Part shown: positions 34,955 through 46,102 of the stretch, piece by piece
Numbering within the stretch: position 1 is the stretch's first letter
Layout: every line of letters starts with the position of its first letter
Assembly (NCBI GenBank): GCA_002433895.1
Contig: DJJA01000003.1
Coordinates: 175,788-239,787 of the forward strand
Length of the DNA stretch: 64,000 nt
Direction of reading: 5' to 3'
DNA from: Candidatus Gottesmanbacteria bacterium UBA6580
GTDB lineage: Bacteria; Patescibacteriota; Microgenomatia; UBA10105; UBA927
The notes under the pieces: model-generated
Told to the model about the DNA's origin: nothing
The model's database searches: none
What the model saw: the letters and a program-made list of their open reading frames with translations, nothing else
Translations under genes and position numbers: made by a program

Positions 34955-37423
34955 TTACGGTGTTGGCGTGGGGGTTTGTGTCGGTATAGTGGCGCATCTG
35001 CCGCCGGCTGGCTCTGTCCCGCTTATAAAATATTCTACTTTGCCGAAGTAGCACGGTAGCGATACGATCGTACCGGGTTTTGGATTTGTTTCATCCGGTT
35101 TTCCTTTGAGAATTTCAACCATAATATCGTGCCATATAGGAGCCGCGCCGGTAATTCCGGAGGTGAGGTATGGGTTCATCGGTGAGTTGTCGTTGTTTCC
35201 TACCCACACTACCGCGGCATACGACGGAGTATATCCCGCGGTCCAGTTATCGCGTTTGTCGTTGGTGGTACCTGTTTTTACTGAAACGGTGTAGCCAGGA
35301 ATAACGAGTGCAGAATTGAGACCGAATGCCTGACTCCTGGCAGTATTGTCTGCGAGGATGTGAGAGATAATCCAGGCGACTTCCGGTTTGACGGCTTCAA
35401 CGGATTTGCTTGGTACCTGATCTTCGAGTACTTTCCCCGTATAATCAGTGACTTGGAGAATTGGCCGAAGTTCCTGGCGTTTACCCATATTTGCAAGCGA
35501 CCCATACACGCTTGCCATTTCCAGCATGGTGACCTCTCCACCTCCCAACGTTAACGACAGTCCGTACCGTGATGGGTCTCTGCTCCATGAATTGATACCC
35601 ATGGCTTTTGCCTTATCCATCATTGCCGGAAGCCCTATGGCAGCAAGTGTTTTGACGGCGGGAATATTATAGGAATTTGCGAGCGCGTTCCGGAGTGGCA
35701 CGGGGCCGTGGAATTTGCCGTCATAGTTGACGGGCGCGTAGGGTTCGCTTCCGGTATTCTGATACACAATGGGAGCATCATTTATGATAGTCGCGGCACT
35801 CATGCCATTTTCCAGGGCCGCTGTATAGGTCACCACTTTTATAGATGAACCTGGTTGCCGTAATGCCGTTGTCACATTTACATTCCCATCCCTGGAGTCA
35901 TCAAAGTAATCCCGGCTACCGACCATAGCGAGTATGTCGCCGCTTCGGGGATTGGTGACAACCGCAGCCCCGTTTCCGACTTGGAGGCGGGCGAGGGAGT
36001 CCACATGTGTCTTGACGATTTCTTCGACTTTTTCCTGTAGCGTCAGATCAAGGGAAGTCACGACCCGTAATCCTCCCCGTTCCAAAAGCCGCGGACCGTA
36101 TTTTTTTTCGAGTAATGCTTTTATATACATGACGAAATGAGGTGCCCGTATGCCAACTCTTGGTTTTGCAAATTGGAGTGGGTACGCTATCGCCTGCTGT
36201 TTTTGTTCCGGGGTTATGTAGCCGTCGATTTCCATGCGTTCCAGCACTTCCCGTTGCCTGACAACTGCTTTTTCCGGGTGACTTCCAAATGGTGAATATT
36301 CGCTGGGAGCCGCAGGGAGGCCGGCAAGTAACGCTGCTTCTGCGAGTGTTAGCGAGGTAACTGGTTTATTAAAGTATGTCTGGCTGGCGGACTCGATACC
36401 CCACGCGGTGCCGCCGTATGGCACCTGATTTAAATACATTTCAAATATTTGATCTTTGGAAAATAACCATTCTGCCCAAAACGCGAGAATAATTTCTTTG
36501 GTTTTCCGTACGATGGTCACCTCGGGAGTGAGTAGGGCAGACTTGATGAGCTGCTGCGTGATGGTCGACCCTCCACCAAGAACTTCCCTATGTACTATCA
36601 AATTTGAAGTTGCCCGTAATATCCCACGGATAGAAAATCCCGGATGATGATAAAAGTCGTTGTCTTCTATGGCAAGCGTTGCTTGTTTTACGATAAGCGG
36701 AATGTCTTCGAGTTTTACCGGAGTTCTATTTTGGTCAACATAAATTTCATACAGAAGCTGCCCGTTTCTGTCCATGATTTTTGTACTTACCTCAAGATCC
36801 CGTTGGGTAAGTAATTGCGGGTTTGGTAATGATTGCAGAAAAAGCCATGCGTTGTACGGAATAAATATGAAAAGGAGTGTGAGTAGTACGCCGATAACAA
36901 ATGGTTTGATTTGGGAAAGCGGTGCCAGCTGGGATTGTTGGGGATCGCGGGATGCTTTGCGGGGTAACGGGGGAACGCGGATTGCCGGCAAACGGAACGC
37001 CAATGTTGGTATACGTATTTTGGGTAATGTGACGGGAGGGAGGCGTACCCGCGGCATCCTGAGCGTGGGCAAACGAACCGCGCGCAAGTTTTTCCCAAAT
37101 GATGAAGCTATTTTTTTAATTCTTACATCGAACCACGGGAAAAAAAGCTTCGCGGACTGTCTGATACGCTTGGGTCTCCCTGGTTTGTTTGTTTTTTGTT
37201 TTACCGCTGTTTTTTCATGGAACCAGCTTACAGATCCTTTATACGTTTCATAAAAGAGGACGCGGAGAGCAGTAAATAATTTTACCGGAAGAACAAAAGC
37301 CAAGCGGAACACAGACCGTAATGCGTTGCCGATAGAAATAAGTGAAAGGATAATAAAAAGTACTGCCTGTGTAATGGGGGAAAGGACGGGTTCTTTCGAT
37401 GGTGATTGTCTGCGGCGCGCCAT
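34955..37423 (-). CDS. Class A penicillin-binding protein (transglycosylase-transpeptidase)
   Basis: [34 protein letters not shown]. Confidence 0.95.
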   Translation of the reverse strand: MARRRQSPSKEPVLSPITQAVLFIILSLISIGNALRSVFRLAFVLPVKLFTALRVLFYETYKGSVSWFHEKTAVKQKTNKPGRPKRIRQSAKLFFPWFDVRIKKIASSFGKNLRAVRLPTLRMPRVRLPPVTLPKIRIPTLAFRLPAIRVPPLPRKASRDPQQSQLAPLSQIKPFVIGVLLTLLFIFIPYNAWLFLQSLPNPQLLTQRDLEVSTKIMDRNGQLLYEIYVDQNRTPVKLEDIPLIVKQATLAIEDNDFYHHPGFSIRGILRATSNLIVHREVLGGGSTITQQLIKSALLTPEVTIVRKTKEIILAFWAEWLFSKDQIFEMYLNQVPYGGTAWGIESASQTYFNKPVTSLTLAEAALLAGLPAAPSEYSPFGSHPEKAVVRQREVLERMEIDGYITPEQKQQAIAYPLQFAKPRVGIRAPHFVMYIKALLEKKYGPRLLERGGLRVVTSLDLTLQEKVEEIVKTHVDSLARLQVGNGAAVVTNPRSGDILAMVGSRDYFDDSRDGNVNVTTALRQPGSSIKVVTYTAALENGMSAATIINDAPIVYQNTGSEPYAPVNYDGKFHGPVPLRNALANSYNIPAVKTLAAIGLPAMMDKAKAMGINSWSRDPSRYGLSLTLGGGEVTMLEMASVYGSLANMGKRQELRPILQVTDYTGKVLEDQVPSKSVEAVKPEVAWIISHILADNTARSQAFGLNSALVIPGYTVSVKTGTTNDKRDNWTAGYTPSYAAVVWVGNNDNSPMNPYLTSGITGAAPIWHDIMVEILKGKPDETNPKPGTIVSLPCYFGKVEYFISGTEPAGGRCATIPTQTPTPTP

Positions 37424-37523
37424 AGCGCCATTTTTTATATCATGTCTATAGGCTCTACGACAAGAGGGGATTTGTTATTTTTTAAAATATACCGTGCCCG
37501 GAGTGAAAATGATGAGCGCGGTA

Positions 37524-39734
37524 TTATTTGACCAGCACCGCTTTTCCTTCGGGGTGCGCGCAGTCCAAACACCACCGTGTTATTCCGTCCCACGCGATTT
37601 CATGTTCCTGCATTTCTATATTATCTGTTTGACCCGGCGCTGCCAGATCGCCAGTCGCTTTGTCAATCGCGACCAATTGCCGTGAACTGGAGCTGTGGGC
37701 AGATGTGCCTTTTATGATGTATTCAAATCGGGTTTGGCAGCCGGCGGGTTGGCCTTCAGCGGGCTGACTCGGAGGGAGCTGTCCGGTGGTCGTGCATACC
37801 TGTGCACCGACTATACCGTCGGGCTGTTTTGGCCAAATGTCGGGTTTTCCTTCCAGCACCCGCCGCATAATTTTATTCCAGATGGGGGCGGCACCCGTGA
37901 CACCCGAGACGAGTGAATTATTCATGGGGGAATTGTCATTGTTTCCTACCCATGTGGCGACAAGATACTGCGGGGTATATCCGATCGTCCAGTTGTCCCG
38001 CAAGTCATTGGTGGTTCCGGTTTTTACCGACACTGCGTGCCCTGGTACCACCAGTGCGGAACTTGGCCCGAATGCTTCCATACGGGCATTGTTGTCAAGC
38101 AGTATGTGGGAAATAAGAAACGCGGTTTCCTGCGATACAACGCGTTCCCCGGTGAGCAACAATTGCGAAGGAATTTCTTTGCCTAAATTAGGGTCTTTGT
38201 ATTCTTCCAGCACTTTGTTATTTTTATCGACTACTTTGAGTATGGAAACTAAGTCGTGCCGTATGCCCGCGTTGGCAAATACCGAAAATGCTTCCGCCAT
38301 ATCCGTCATCCGTACCTCTCCGCCTCCCAAGGTAAGGGCTAATCCGTATTTACTGGGGTCCTGCAGTGTATCGAGCCCAAAAGCAGAGGCGGATGCCACC
38401 ATGTCTTTTACGGTATTGAGGTAAAGCATTTTGACTGCTGGTATGTTGAGTGAGTTGCCAAGCGCAAACCGTAGCTGTACTGGGCCCCGGAATTTACCAT
38501 CATAGTTTCTCGGGCAGTAGGTAGGTTGTCCCGGAACGCTCGTAAAACAAGTGGGTATATCCAAAAACATCGTGGCCGGTGTGACGATTTTATTTTCTAT
38601 ACCGATGGCATAATTAATCGGTTTAATCGATGAGCCTGGTTGCCGGAGCGCGGTCGTCACGTTAAATGATCCCGATGGCGTAGCAAAATAATCAACGGAT
38701 CCCACCATGGCGAGTATTTCGCCGGTGGATGGCTTGGTCACCAGTGCCGAGCCATTTCCTACCCGCATGTTTTTGAGTTTAGCGACTTCCGCAGCAACGG
38801 TAGCCTGCACATAATTTTGTAAATCGAGATCCAGGCTGGTAGTTACTTTAAGCCCGCCGCGCTCCACGAGTACTTCCCCGTATTTTTCTACGAGCTGTTC
38901 TTTGACGTACATGACAAAGTGCGGAGCCTGTATACCCGTTTCTTGTTTATACTCAATCGGCGTATTTGCCGCTTCCTGTTCCTGTTCGCGGGTGATATAG
39001 CCGTCCTCAGCCATGCGGCGCAATACTTCTTTTTGGCGTTGCTGTGCGAGTTCGGGGTGAGCTCCAAACGGTGAGTACAGTGTAGGAGCCTGCGGTAGTC
39101 CCGCAAGGATTGCCGCTTCAGCGAGTGTCACGTCTTTAATGGGTTTGCCAAAATATTTTTCCGCGGCGGTTTCAATGCCCCAGGCAGTGCCGCCATATGG
39201 CACGGTGTTTAAGTACATTTCTAGTATTTTGTCTTTTGAGTACAGTAATTCAACGGTCGGTGCTAACAAGAATTCTTTGAGTTTCCGGGTAATCGTGCGT
39301 TCCGGGGTGAGCAATGCTGATTTTACAAGCTGCTGGGTGATGGTAGAGCCGCCCTGAATTTCTTTGTTGAGTATGGACGCATACAACGCGCGCACCAGAC
39401 CACCGATCGGATTAATGCCGGAGTGCTGATAAAATGTTTTGTCTTCGATAGCGATCGTAGCGTCCCTTACCACTTTGGGAATGTCGGAAAGCGGTACGGG
39501 TGACCGGTTTTGTCCGACAAAAATATCAAAAAGCAAGACGCCCTTGCGGTCGTAGACCTTGGTCGCGAGCGGGACGTCATATCGTCCAAGTTTTGTTGGA
39601 GACGGAAGGTCCCGGAGTATGAGCCAATAAAATGCACCGATGAGTACCGCAGGGAACACCCAGAACAATAATTTGCGGCGCTTGGTCACCCACTGTTTTA
39701 TTTTTGAAAGCTTTTGTAGCCTAGGAAAGACCAT
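37524..39734 (-). CDS. Class A penicillin-binding protein (tandem paralog)
   Basis: [34 protein letters not shown]. Confidence 0.95.
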   Translation of the reverse strand: MVFPRLQKLSKIKQWVTKRRKLLFWVFPAVLIGAFYWLILRDLPSPTKLGRYDVPLATKVYDRKGVLLFDIFVGQNRSPVPLSDIPKVVRDATIAIEDKTFYQHSGINPIGGLVRALYASILNKEIQGGSTITQQLVKSALLTPERTITRKLKEFLLAPTVELLYSKDKILEMYLNTVPYGGTAWGIETAAEKYFGKPIKDVTLAEAAILAGLPQAPTLYSPFGAHPELAQQRQKEVLRRMAEDGYITREQEQEAANTPIEYKQETGIQAPHFVMYVKEQLVEKYGEVLVERGGLKVTTSLDLDLQNYVQATVAAEVAKLKNMRVGNGSALVTKPSTGEILAMVGSVDYFATPSGSFNVTTALRQPGSSIKPINYAIGIENKIVTPATMFLDIPTCFTSVPGQPTYCPRNYDGKFRGPVQLRFALGNSLNIPAVKMLYLNTVKDMVASASAFGLDTLQDPSKYGLALTLGGGEVRMTDMAEAFSVFANAGIRHDLVSILKVVDKNNKVLEEYKDPNLGKEIPSQLLLTGERVVSQETAFLISHILLDNNARMEAFGPSSALVVPGHAVSVKTGTTNDLRDNWTIGYTPQYLVATWVGNNDNSPMNNSLVSGVTGAAPIWNKIMRRVLEGKPDIWPKQPDGIVGAQVCTTTGQLPPSQPAEGQPAGCQTRFEYIIKGTSAHSSSSRQLVAIDKATGDLAAPGQTDNIEMQEHEIAWDGITRWCLDCAHPEGKAVLVK

Positions 39735-39772
39735 GCAGACATTATATAATAATATGGAAGGAGGTACTAACT

Positions 39773-40384
39773 ATGTTTACCCTCGGAGATTTACCTTACG
39801 CCTATAATGCCCTTGAGCCGTTTATCGATGAGCGCACGATGCAGATACACCATGATAAGCATCACGCGGCATACGTGAAAAATTTAAACGACGCGCTCGC
39901 AGGTCATGACGACCTCCTGGCGCTTCCTGTTGAAACTCTTATTGGTGATCTTACCCGGGTGCCGGAAGCGGTACGCACCAAAGTGCGGAATAATGGCGGA
40001 GGACACGCAAATCATACGATGTTTTGGTCAGTAATGGCTGCTCCCGCCGCAGGAAGCCAGAGCCCTTCAGGGAAACTAGCGGAAGCTATAGAAAAAACAT
40101 TTGGTGACCTCAGCACATTTCAGGAAAAATTTTCGCAGGCAGGTATTGGGCGGTTTGGAAGTGGTTGGGTGTGGCTGGTCGCTGACAAAGGCAGTCTGAC
40201 CATCATGGATACGCCAAATCAGGATAGTCCTCTCATGGATGGTCGCGTTCCCGTTTTAGGACTGGATGTATGGGAACACGCGTATTACCTGAAGTATCAA
40301 AATCTCCGCGCCGATTACATAAAAGCGTGGTGGAATGTGGTGAATTGGAAAGAGATTGAGCGGCGCTTCAACGCAGTGATCTAA
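39773..40384 (+). CDS. sodA: Mn/Fe superoxide dismutase (Mn-type signature)
   Basis: [27 protein letters not shown]. Confidence 0.95.
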   Translation: MFTLGDLPYAYNALEPFIDERTMQIHHDKHHAAYVKNLNDALAGHDDLLALPVETLIGDLTRVPEAVRTKVRNNGGGHANHTMFWSVMAAPAAGSQSPSGKLAEAIEKTFGDLSTFQEKFSQAGIGRFGSGWVWLVADKGSLTIMDTPNQDSPLMDGRVPVLGLDVWEHAYYLKYQNLRADYIKAWWNVVNWKEIERRFNAVI

Positions 40385-40392
40385 AATCCAGT

Positions 40393-41133
40393 ATGCAATT
40401 TCCTAATCCTTACGCACTCCGCAAGGAGGTAACCCCGCGTGAGCTCGTGGTGTTTGCCGCAGGTCAACGACAAGGCGACGAAAACGCGCAGGAAGACTAT
40501 TTCCTGAATTTTAATGATGAATGTTTCGCGATAGCCGACGGATTATCAGTGTTGCCGAACGGGTATGCCGCGGCAAAACTTGCCTGCGAGACCGCAATTT
40601 GGGGATATAAACATATCCGTCAGCATAAATATTATTGGCTGGATAAAAAATTATTTATGAAGCGGATTTTCCGCTCCACTAATCTTGCGGTGTGGCAGAA
40701 ACGCCGGGAACAGGGATTTGAAGCCGGGCTCGCGACAAATCTTTTGGTGTGTATGATTGGCGCAAAAACTTACTGGATCGGGTATGCCGGTGAAATGTGC
40801 GCCTGGCTACAAAGCGGGAGTAGTATACGGAAACTTACCCGTGATGTTTCTCCTTATGAGACTGAAAAAACGAACGCCCTCGGATTCCGCAGGTTAGGGC
40901 TGGTTCCCTTTTATATAACCGAACCGATGAAGGTGGGGGATGTGTTGCTGCTGACTACCGCAGGGTGTGGAAATTATCTCACACCATCAGATGTGCAGGT
41001 CGGTATGGGGCGTATGGGGAATACGACAGAGGAAGCCCGCGCAGCAGTTGATTCAGTACTCACCAGCGCCGCGACAAATGGTTCAGCCGCAAATGAAACG
41101 GCGATCATTATTAAACGTGTTGCTACATCATGA
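40393..41133 (+). CDS. PP2C/PPM-like protein with degenerate metal site
   Basis: QEDY and IADG present; later motifs read LLTTAG and ANET. Confidence 0.75.
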   Translation: MQFPNPYALRKEVTPRELVVFAAGQRQGDENAQEDYFLNFNDECFAIADGLSVLPNGYAAAKLACETAIWGYKHIRQHKYYWLDKKLFMKRIFRSTNLAVWQKRREQGFEAGLATNLLVCMIGAKTYWIGYAGEMCAWLQSGSSIRKLTRDVSPYETEKTNALGFRRLGLVPFYITEPMKVGDVLLLTTAGCGNYLTPSDVQVGMGRMGNTTEEARAAVDSVLTSAATNGSAANETAIIIKRVATS

Positions 41134-41154
41134 GGTACTCTTTATACTGGGTGT

Positions 41155-42639
41155 ATGCCCGCTGAATTTTTTGCTGACATTAGTGATCAACAAACCCCGC
41201 CGCACTATTTTTACTTTGACGGCAACACGTGGAAACCAAGCACAAGCGGTACTACGGTAGAGGTAATTTCGCCGATTGACGGGAGTGTCGTCGGTACGAT
41301 TCCGGTGCTTTCCACAACAGAGATGGACGCAGTCCTTGCGAGCGCCGCCGCGGCACAGACCGCTTGGGAGGCGACGCCCATGAATAAACGCGTGGGGATG
41401 GTGCATCTTGCCGCGGATTGGATCCGGCATTTTCAGGATTATCTTATCGCACTTCTTATCCGCGAGGTTGGCAAATCAAAAGATGAAGCAAAAGGTGAAA
41501 TAGCACGGACGGCTGATCTTATTGATTATTTTGCTGACGAAGTGCAATCTATGCGGGGTGAAACCCTCGACAGTGATAATTTTCCCGGATTTGAAAAAGG
41601 AAGAATTGCCATGATCGAACGTGTCGCGCACGGTACGGTACTTGCTATCGCCCCGTTCAATTACCCGGTGAATTTAACCGCGAGTAAGATTGCCCCCGCG
41701 TTGCTTATGGGAAATAGTGTCGTGGTGAAGCCACCGACACAGGGCGGAATATCCGCATTACATCTTGTGCGTATATTTGAAAAATCAGGAGTACCGCCCG
41801 GAGTTATCAGCGCGGTGACCGGCACGGGGGAGGTTGTCGGAGAACACCTGGTGCCCCACCCGATGGTTTCTATGGTGGCATTTACCGGAAATTCCGATAC
41901 CGGGGTCGCGATAGCAGGGAAAGCAGCGATGAAACCGTTACTATTTGAATGCGGCGGTAATAATCCCGTGGTCGTGATGCCGGATGCGGATATGAATGTG
42001 GCGGCACGGGAGATTATAAAAGGCGCGTTTGCTTACAGCGGTCAGCGATGTACGGGGATCAAATATGTGTTGACCACTCCCGCGATACGGGAGCAACTGG
42101 TTTCGCTCGTATTAAAAATAATGCCGGAGATGGTCAAGATGGGCGACCCGCGGAGTTCGGAAACAAAATTGGTCGGTCCGGTCATTTCTGAGTCGGCAGC
42201 AATAAAAATTGAACAGGCGATACAGACCTCGGTCAAAAACGGTGCGAAATGTGTGATAGGTGGAAAAAGAGATAAAGCGATGATAGAGCCAACGGTGCTT
42301 ACCAATGTCATTCCCGCAATGCCGATAATTGCGAAAGAAACGTTCGGACCGGTGGTATCGTTTGTTGATGTGCAGTCGTTTGATGAGGCGGTTGCCATCA
42401 TTAACCGATCGACCTACGGGTTGCAGGCGAGTGTGTTTACGAAAGACGAAGGATCAGGGTTGGTATTTGCCAAAAAGCTTAATGTCGGTTCAGTGCAGAT
42501 AAACGGTAGTCCCCAGCGCGGGCCTGACCATTTTCCATTTTTGGGGGTGAAACGGTCTGGAGTTGGCGTGCAGGGGGTGCGGTATAGCCTGGAGGCGATG
42601 AGCAGACTTCGTCCTGTTGTCCTCAATAAACCTCAATAA
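41155..42639 (+). CDS. gapN: Non-phosphorylating NADP-dependent glyceraldehyde-3-phosphate dehydrogenase
   Basis: IAPFNYPVNL.ASKIAPAL, KPPTQG, YSGQRCT, RGPDHFPFLGVK.SG.GVQG. Confidence 0.88.
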   Translation: MPAEFFADISDQQTPPHYFYFDGNTWKPSTSGTTVEVISPIDGSVVGTIPVLSTTEMDAVLASAAAAQTAWEATPMNKRVGMVHLAADWIRHFQDYLIALLIREVGKSKDEAKGEIARTADLIDYFADEVQSMRGETLDSDNFPGFEKGRIAMIERVAHGTVLAIAPFNYPVNLTASKIAPALLMGNSVVVKPPTQGGISALHLVRIFEKSGVPPGVISAVTGTGEVVGEHLVPHPMVSMVAFTGNSDTGVAIAGKAAMKPLLFECGGNNPVVVMPDADMNVAAREIIKGAFAYSGQRCTGIKYVLTTPAIREQLVSLVLKIMPEMVKMGDPRSSETKLVGPVISESAAIKIEQAIQTSVKNGAKCVIGGKRDKAMIEPTVLTNVIPAMPIIAKETFGPVVSFVDVQSFDEAVAIINRSTYGLQASVFTKDEGSGLVFAKKLNVGSVQINGSPQRGPDHFPFLGVKRSGVGVQGVRYSLEAMSRLRPVVLNKPQ

Positions 42640-42703
42640 TATTTATTGACACCACACCGGAAACCTTGTTTACTGGATAAAGGAGTAAAGGAGAAATTTT
42701 TGT

Positions 42704-44140
42704 ATGGCAAAAAAACCATCTGCAGCAAGGCTGAATTTATTATCCGTTGTTTCATTTGTTACGCTCCTTTTGATATTAGTTTCTGTGTTTGTGTTGAGTG
42801 GTAGTTTTTCTGACATAGTTACTACCATTGCGAAATCGAAAGCGTCGCGGGCAAACCCGAAGATAACGGAATCCTTCGCCGACGCGTTTAAAGATGGGGT
42901 GATCAACGAAGATAAATGGATAATCTCCAAAACAGAAGGTGCAAATATCACAGAAACGACCGCTGACAATCTACGGTTTGCGGTAGGCGATGGCAATACC
43001 GGCGGGAAAGTAAAGGCTGGCACATTGATACTGAAAGAGCTACTGAAAAATAACGGGGATTTCCGGGCAACTGCCGTGGTGTATAAGCCGGTGGTGACCG
43101 GAGAGGGGACGGGTATTACGGCTCTCCGGTTTTCGTCAAAGGGAACAGACGATGATGAAGCCGCAGTGGTACGATGGCAGGTCAGCGGCACCTCGAGTAA
43201 GGTTGTCTTTGTAGTAAACGGTGCAGATGGCAATCGCATGGAAACACAGGCTGTTGATATACAAAGTAATATTGCGATTTTGCGTTTGGATCGTATAAAC
43301 AAAAAATACCGCGCGTTTTATAAGGTCGGCCGGGATACGTCAGCCGATACAAATTGGATACCGTTAGGCGCTGAAGCAGACGCATCGCTTGGTAATGAAG
43401 GACATATATCGATAACTACCCATAACGCCGGAGTAAGCAATAAGTACCCGAAAGTTATCGGGCGGGTGGATCAGTTTAATTTCGCGTGGGAAGGTGATCC
43501 TGCAACAAAAACAGGATTTTCCGATGCTTTTGCAAATGGCGCGTTGGGTAAAAACTGGAAAATAGTTTCGAGTCAGGGTGCTCAAGTGTACGAAAACGAA
43601 AACGATAACTTGATTATGTCGCTCACATCGGGAGGGCTAAATGGTAAGCCCCGGTCTGCCCGTATCGTGCGGACTGTTCCCGTTATACCGGAACATAAAG
43701 ACTTTGTCGTTAATACGACATTGTATAAGCCGACCGTCGTGGGCGCAGGGCAGGGATTGTCAGGATTAGGTTTCGTTTCGACCGGAAATGTAGATGATGA
43801 GGCCGCGATGGTGAGATGGGTCGTATCGGGTAACACGATGAGTAAATTGGTATTTGTTGCCCGTGCCCCAGACGGGACGACTGCAGAAATCTCCAGTGTG
43901 CCGCTTGATGTATCGGTAAAGCGGATAACGCTTCATCTCGCGAGAACGGGAGATAAATACGCAGCTTTTTATAGGACAGGGGACAGTGACACCAACTTTA
44001 TCCCGATTGGGCATGAAGTAAGCAGTAATTTTGGCGCTGCAGGGCATGTAATGCTTATGGTCAATAATATCGGGGCAAACGGAGCGTATCCCCGTGTGGT
44101 TGGGCGGTTTGACGGGGTGACAGGAAGTGTGAGTAAGTAG
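42704..44140 (+). CDS. Membrane-anchored protein with two tandem beta-rich repeats
   Basis: TM anchor; duplicated unit FADAF...DNL...YKP.V.G.G.G...DDEAA.VRW.VSG...Y.AFY...DTN.IP.G.E...YP.V.GR.D. Confidence 0.75.
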   Translation: MAKKPSAARLNLLSVVSFVTLLLILVSVFVLSGSFSDIVTTIAKSKASRANPKITESFADAFKDGVINEDKWIISKTEGANITETTADNLRFAVGDGNTGGKVKAGTLILKELLKNNGDFRATAVVYKPVVTGEGTGITALRFSSKGTDDDEAAVVRWQVSGTSSKVVFVVNGADGNRMETQAVDIQSNIAILRLDRINKKYRAFYKVGRDTSADTNWIPLGAEADASLGNEGHISITTHNAGVSNKYPKVIGRVDQFNFAWEGDPATKTGFSDAFANGALGKNWKIVSSQGAQVYENENDNLIMSLTSGGLNGKPRSARIVRTVPVIPEHKDFVVNTTLYKPTVVGAGQGLSGLGFVSTGNVDDEAAMVRWVVSGNTMSKLVFVARAPDGTTAEISSVPLDVSVKRITLHLARTGDKYAAFYRTGDSDTNFIPIGHEVSSNFGAAGHVMLMVNNIGANGAYPRVVGRFDGVTGSVSK

Positions 44141-44161
44141 GAGAGCAATATAACTCCCGTA

Positions 44162-44743
44162 TTAGGTGGCGAAATGGCGGCGGACAAACGCTATCTGTTC
44201 ATCTGTATAACCCAATCCGCGTAGAAACGATTGTATATCTTTTTTCGTGGCGCTCTCTTTTTTCATTTTGTTGCTAAATGTCGTAATCCACTCGGTCACC
44301 TCAAACGGCTGCAGTATCCAAAGATCTGTTTGTTTCGCGTAATAATCCGGGCGGATCGCTGAGTGGGGCTTATAAAACAATGTTGCGGTGGTGATACTTT
44401 GCGGGCGGAAACGCCGCAAATAACTGGTCGCCCGTTTGAGGGTGGCTCCGGAGTCCGCGATGTCGTCAACCAGCAGCACCCGTTTCCCGCCGATGCGCGA
44501 GGAGAGGCCCTCGGTAATTTTTACTTCCCCCTGTTTTTTGATATCCGTATAACTTTGGATAGTGATAGAGCAGATGGGGATACGTAAAAAATCAGAGAGC
44601 AGGTGGCCAAAAGTAAGACCGCCGCGCCCTATGGCGATAATAGTGGCAAATGGCGCTTCGTGGGAGAGGATTTGATCAGCAATCGATTGGGTTAGTGCCT
44701 GATATTCCTGCCAGGTAACTGATAAATATTGGTGATCGGTCAT
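44162..44743 (-). CDS. Type I phosphoribosyltransferase (purine salvage-like)
   Basis: IAIGRGGL, VLLVDDIADSGATL, ATLFYKP. Confidence 0.9.
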   Translation of the reverse strand: MTDHQYLSVTWQEYQALTQSIADQILSHEAPFATIIAIGRGGLTFGHLLSDFLRIPICSITIQSYTDIKKQGEVKITEGLSSRIGGKRVLLVDDIADSGATLKRATSYLRRFRPQSITTATLFYKPHSAIRPDYYAKQTDLWILQPFEVTEWITTFSNKMKKESATKKDIQSFLRGLGYTDEQIAFVRRHFAT

Positions 44744-44821
44744 TACATAGTAGTACGGGACGTAGAGGATTTTGTCAATTGTTTCACTTGACTAACAAGG
44801 GTGTAAATCTATAATAGCTGT

Positions 44822-45433
44822 ATGGGTGAGAGCAAATCGACGCCGCGCTTAAATTATTCCAGTGTCGCAATTTCAGGGCGGCCTGGAGCAGGGAGAAGTA
44901 CGCTGCTTAAAAATCTCCGGCCACAACTCGAACCTTTTGGATGGGAGTTTTTTTCAGGAGGGGAGTGGAGCCGATCAATTTCAATAAAACAGGGAAAGCA
45001 TGATCCGAATGACCCCAAGCATCATTTGGCTACCGATTACGGCGACGATGTTGATTATCAGATCGATCAGGCACTCCGGGACAAAATCGCCAAGCCGGAA
45101 ACCCACATGGCGGTCGAAAGTTGGATAGCCGGGTGGAACGCGCGCGGTTTTAAACATGTACTTAAAGTGCTCCTTATGTGTGATGATTCGCTGCGTATTG
45201 ACCGTATTGTCAACCGGGATAACGCGACGGTCGAAGAAGCAAAAGAGCACCTGCGGCAACGGGAAGAAGCAAATATCGGCAAATGGAAGCGGCTGTACGG
45301 AGTGGATGATTTTTGGGATCCCAAATATTATGACCTTGTCATCAATACCTATTCGCACGGACCAGGTCAAACGCTTGAACTTGTGCTTCAAGCGCTCGGG
45401 TATTATAAGGTAAACGGCCAACCCAAGGCATAA
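44822..45433 (+). CDS. Cytidylate kinase-like protein (AAA/archaeal-type)
   Basis: AISGRPGAGRST, RIDRIVNRD, YDLVINT. Confidence 0.75.
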   Translation: MGESKSTPRLNYSSVAISGRPGAGRSTLLKNLRPQLEPFGWEFFSGGEWSRSISIKQGKHDPNDPKHHLATDYGDDVDYQIDQALRDKIAKPETHMAVESWIAGWNARGFKHVLKVLLMCDDSLRIDRIVNRDNATVEEAKEHLRQREEANIGKWKRLYGVDDFWDPKYYDLVINTYSHGPGQTLELVLQALGYYKVNGQPKA

Positions 45434-45515
45434 GGTACGAGAGTATATTTTGTATCCGAAGTAATTTGTTTAGATCGATAATTATTGATCTTGCCTGCTA
45501 TCAATTTTTCTTTAT

Positions 45516-46091
45516 ATGATCCCCAATCAACAACAAATCCAGGAGCTTTGGGATACACACAATCTTCCGCCAGAAAAACGGGTACATTGTGCCAGGGTCG
45601 CACAGCTTGCAGTATGGTTAGCCAAAAAATATCAAGAATCGCGTCCGGAAACACGCATAGACATATCCCTTCTTGAAGTGGCCGCGTTGCTCCACGACAT
45701 TGACAAAAAAGCCGTTAAAAAAGAGGGCGAGCATCATCCTGATGCTGGGGTACGCATCCTTACTGATGCGGGTATGCAGGAGGTAGCGGATATAGTCAGA
45801 ACCCATCCTCTCCATGCCATACTTGATCAAAATATTGCACCCCGGTCAATTGAGGAAAAACTATTATATCTGTCAGACAAGATGGTGAAATATGAAATTA
45901 TCACGGTTGATGCGCGTTTTGATCTGTGGCGAAGTGAGGATTTGCCGCCCCAGGCCAGGGTAACGCTTGAAGCAGCATACCCAAGGGTGAAAGCATTGGA
46001 GCAGGAGATATTTACCACGATACAAAGGGAGCCACATCAGGCGGGTATGCTTGCCAACGGTGAGGAAACGAGTACAATGAAGCTAACCTAA
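45516..46091 (+). CDS. HD-domain protein
   Basis: HCARVA, AALLHDIDK, HH, VRTH, YLSDK. Confidence 0.9.
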   Translation: MIPNQQQIQELWDTHNLPPEKRVHCARVAQLAVWLAKKYQESRPETRIDISLLEVAALLHDIDKKAVKKEGEHHPDAGVRILTDAGMQEVADIVRTHPLHAILDQNIAPRSIEEKLLYLSDKMVKYEIITVDARFDLWRSEDLPPQARVTLEAAYPRVKALEQEIFTTIQREPHQAGMLANGEETSTMKLT

Positions 46092-46102
46092 AGGAGGGTA
46101 GT

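Noticed and set aside
44849-44905. Walker A Lys-to-Arg change (GAGRST) as a sign of a dead kinase
   Set aside because: Conservative substitution with the rest of the fold intact; cannot be called without an alignment.
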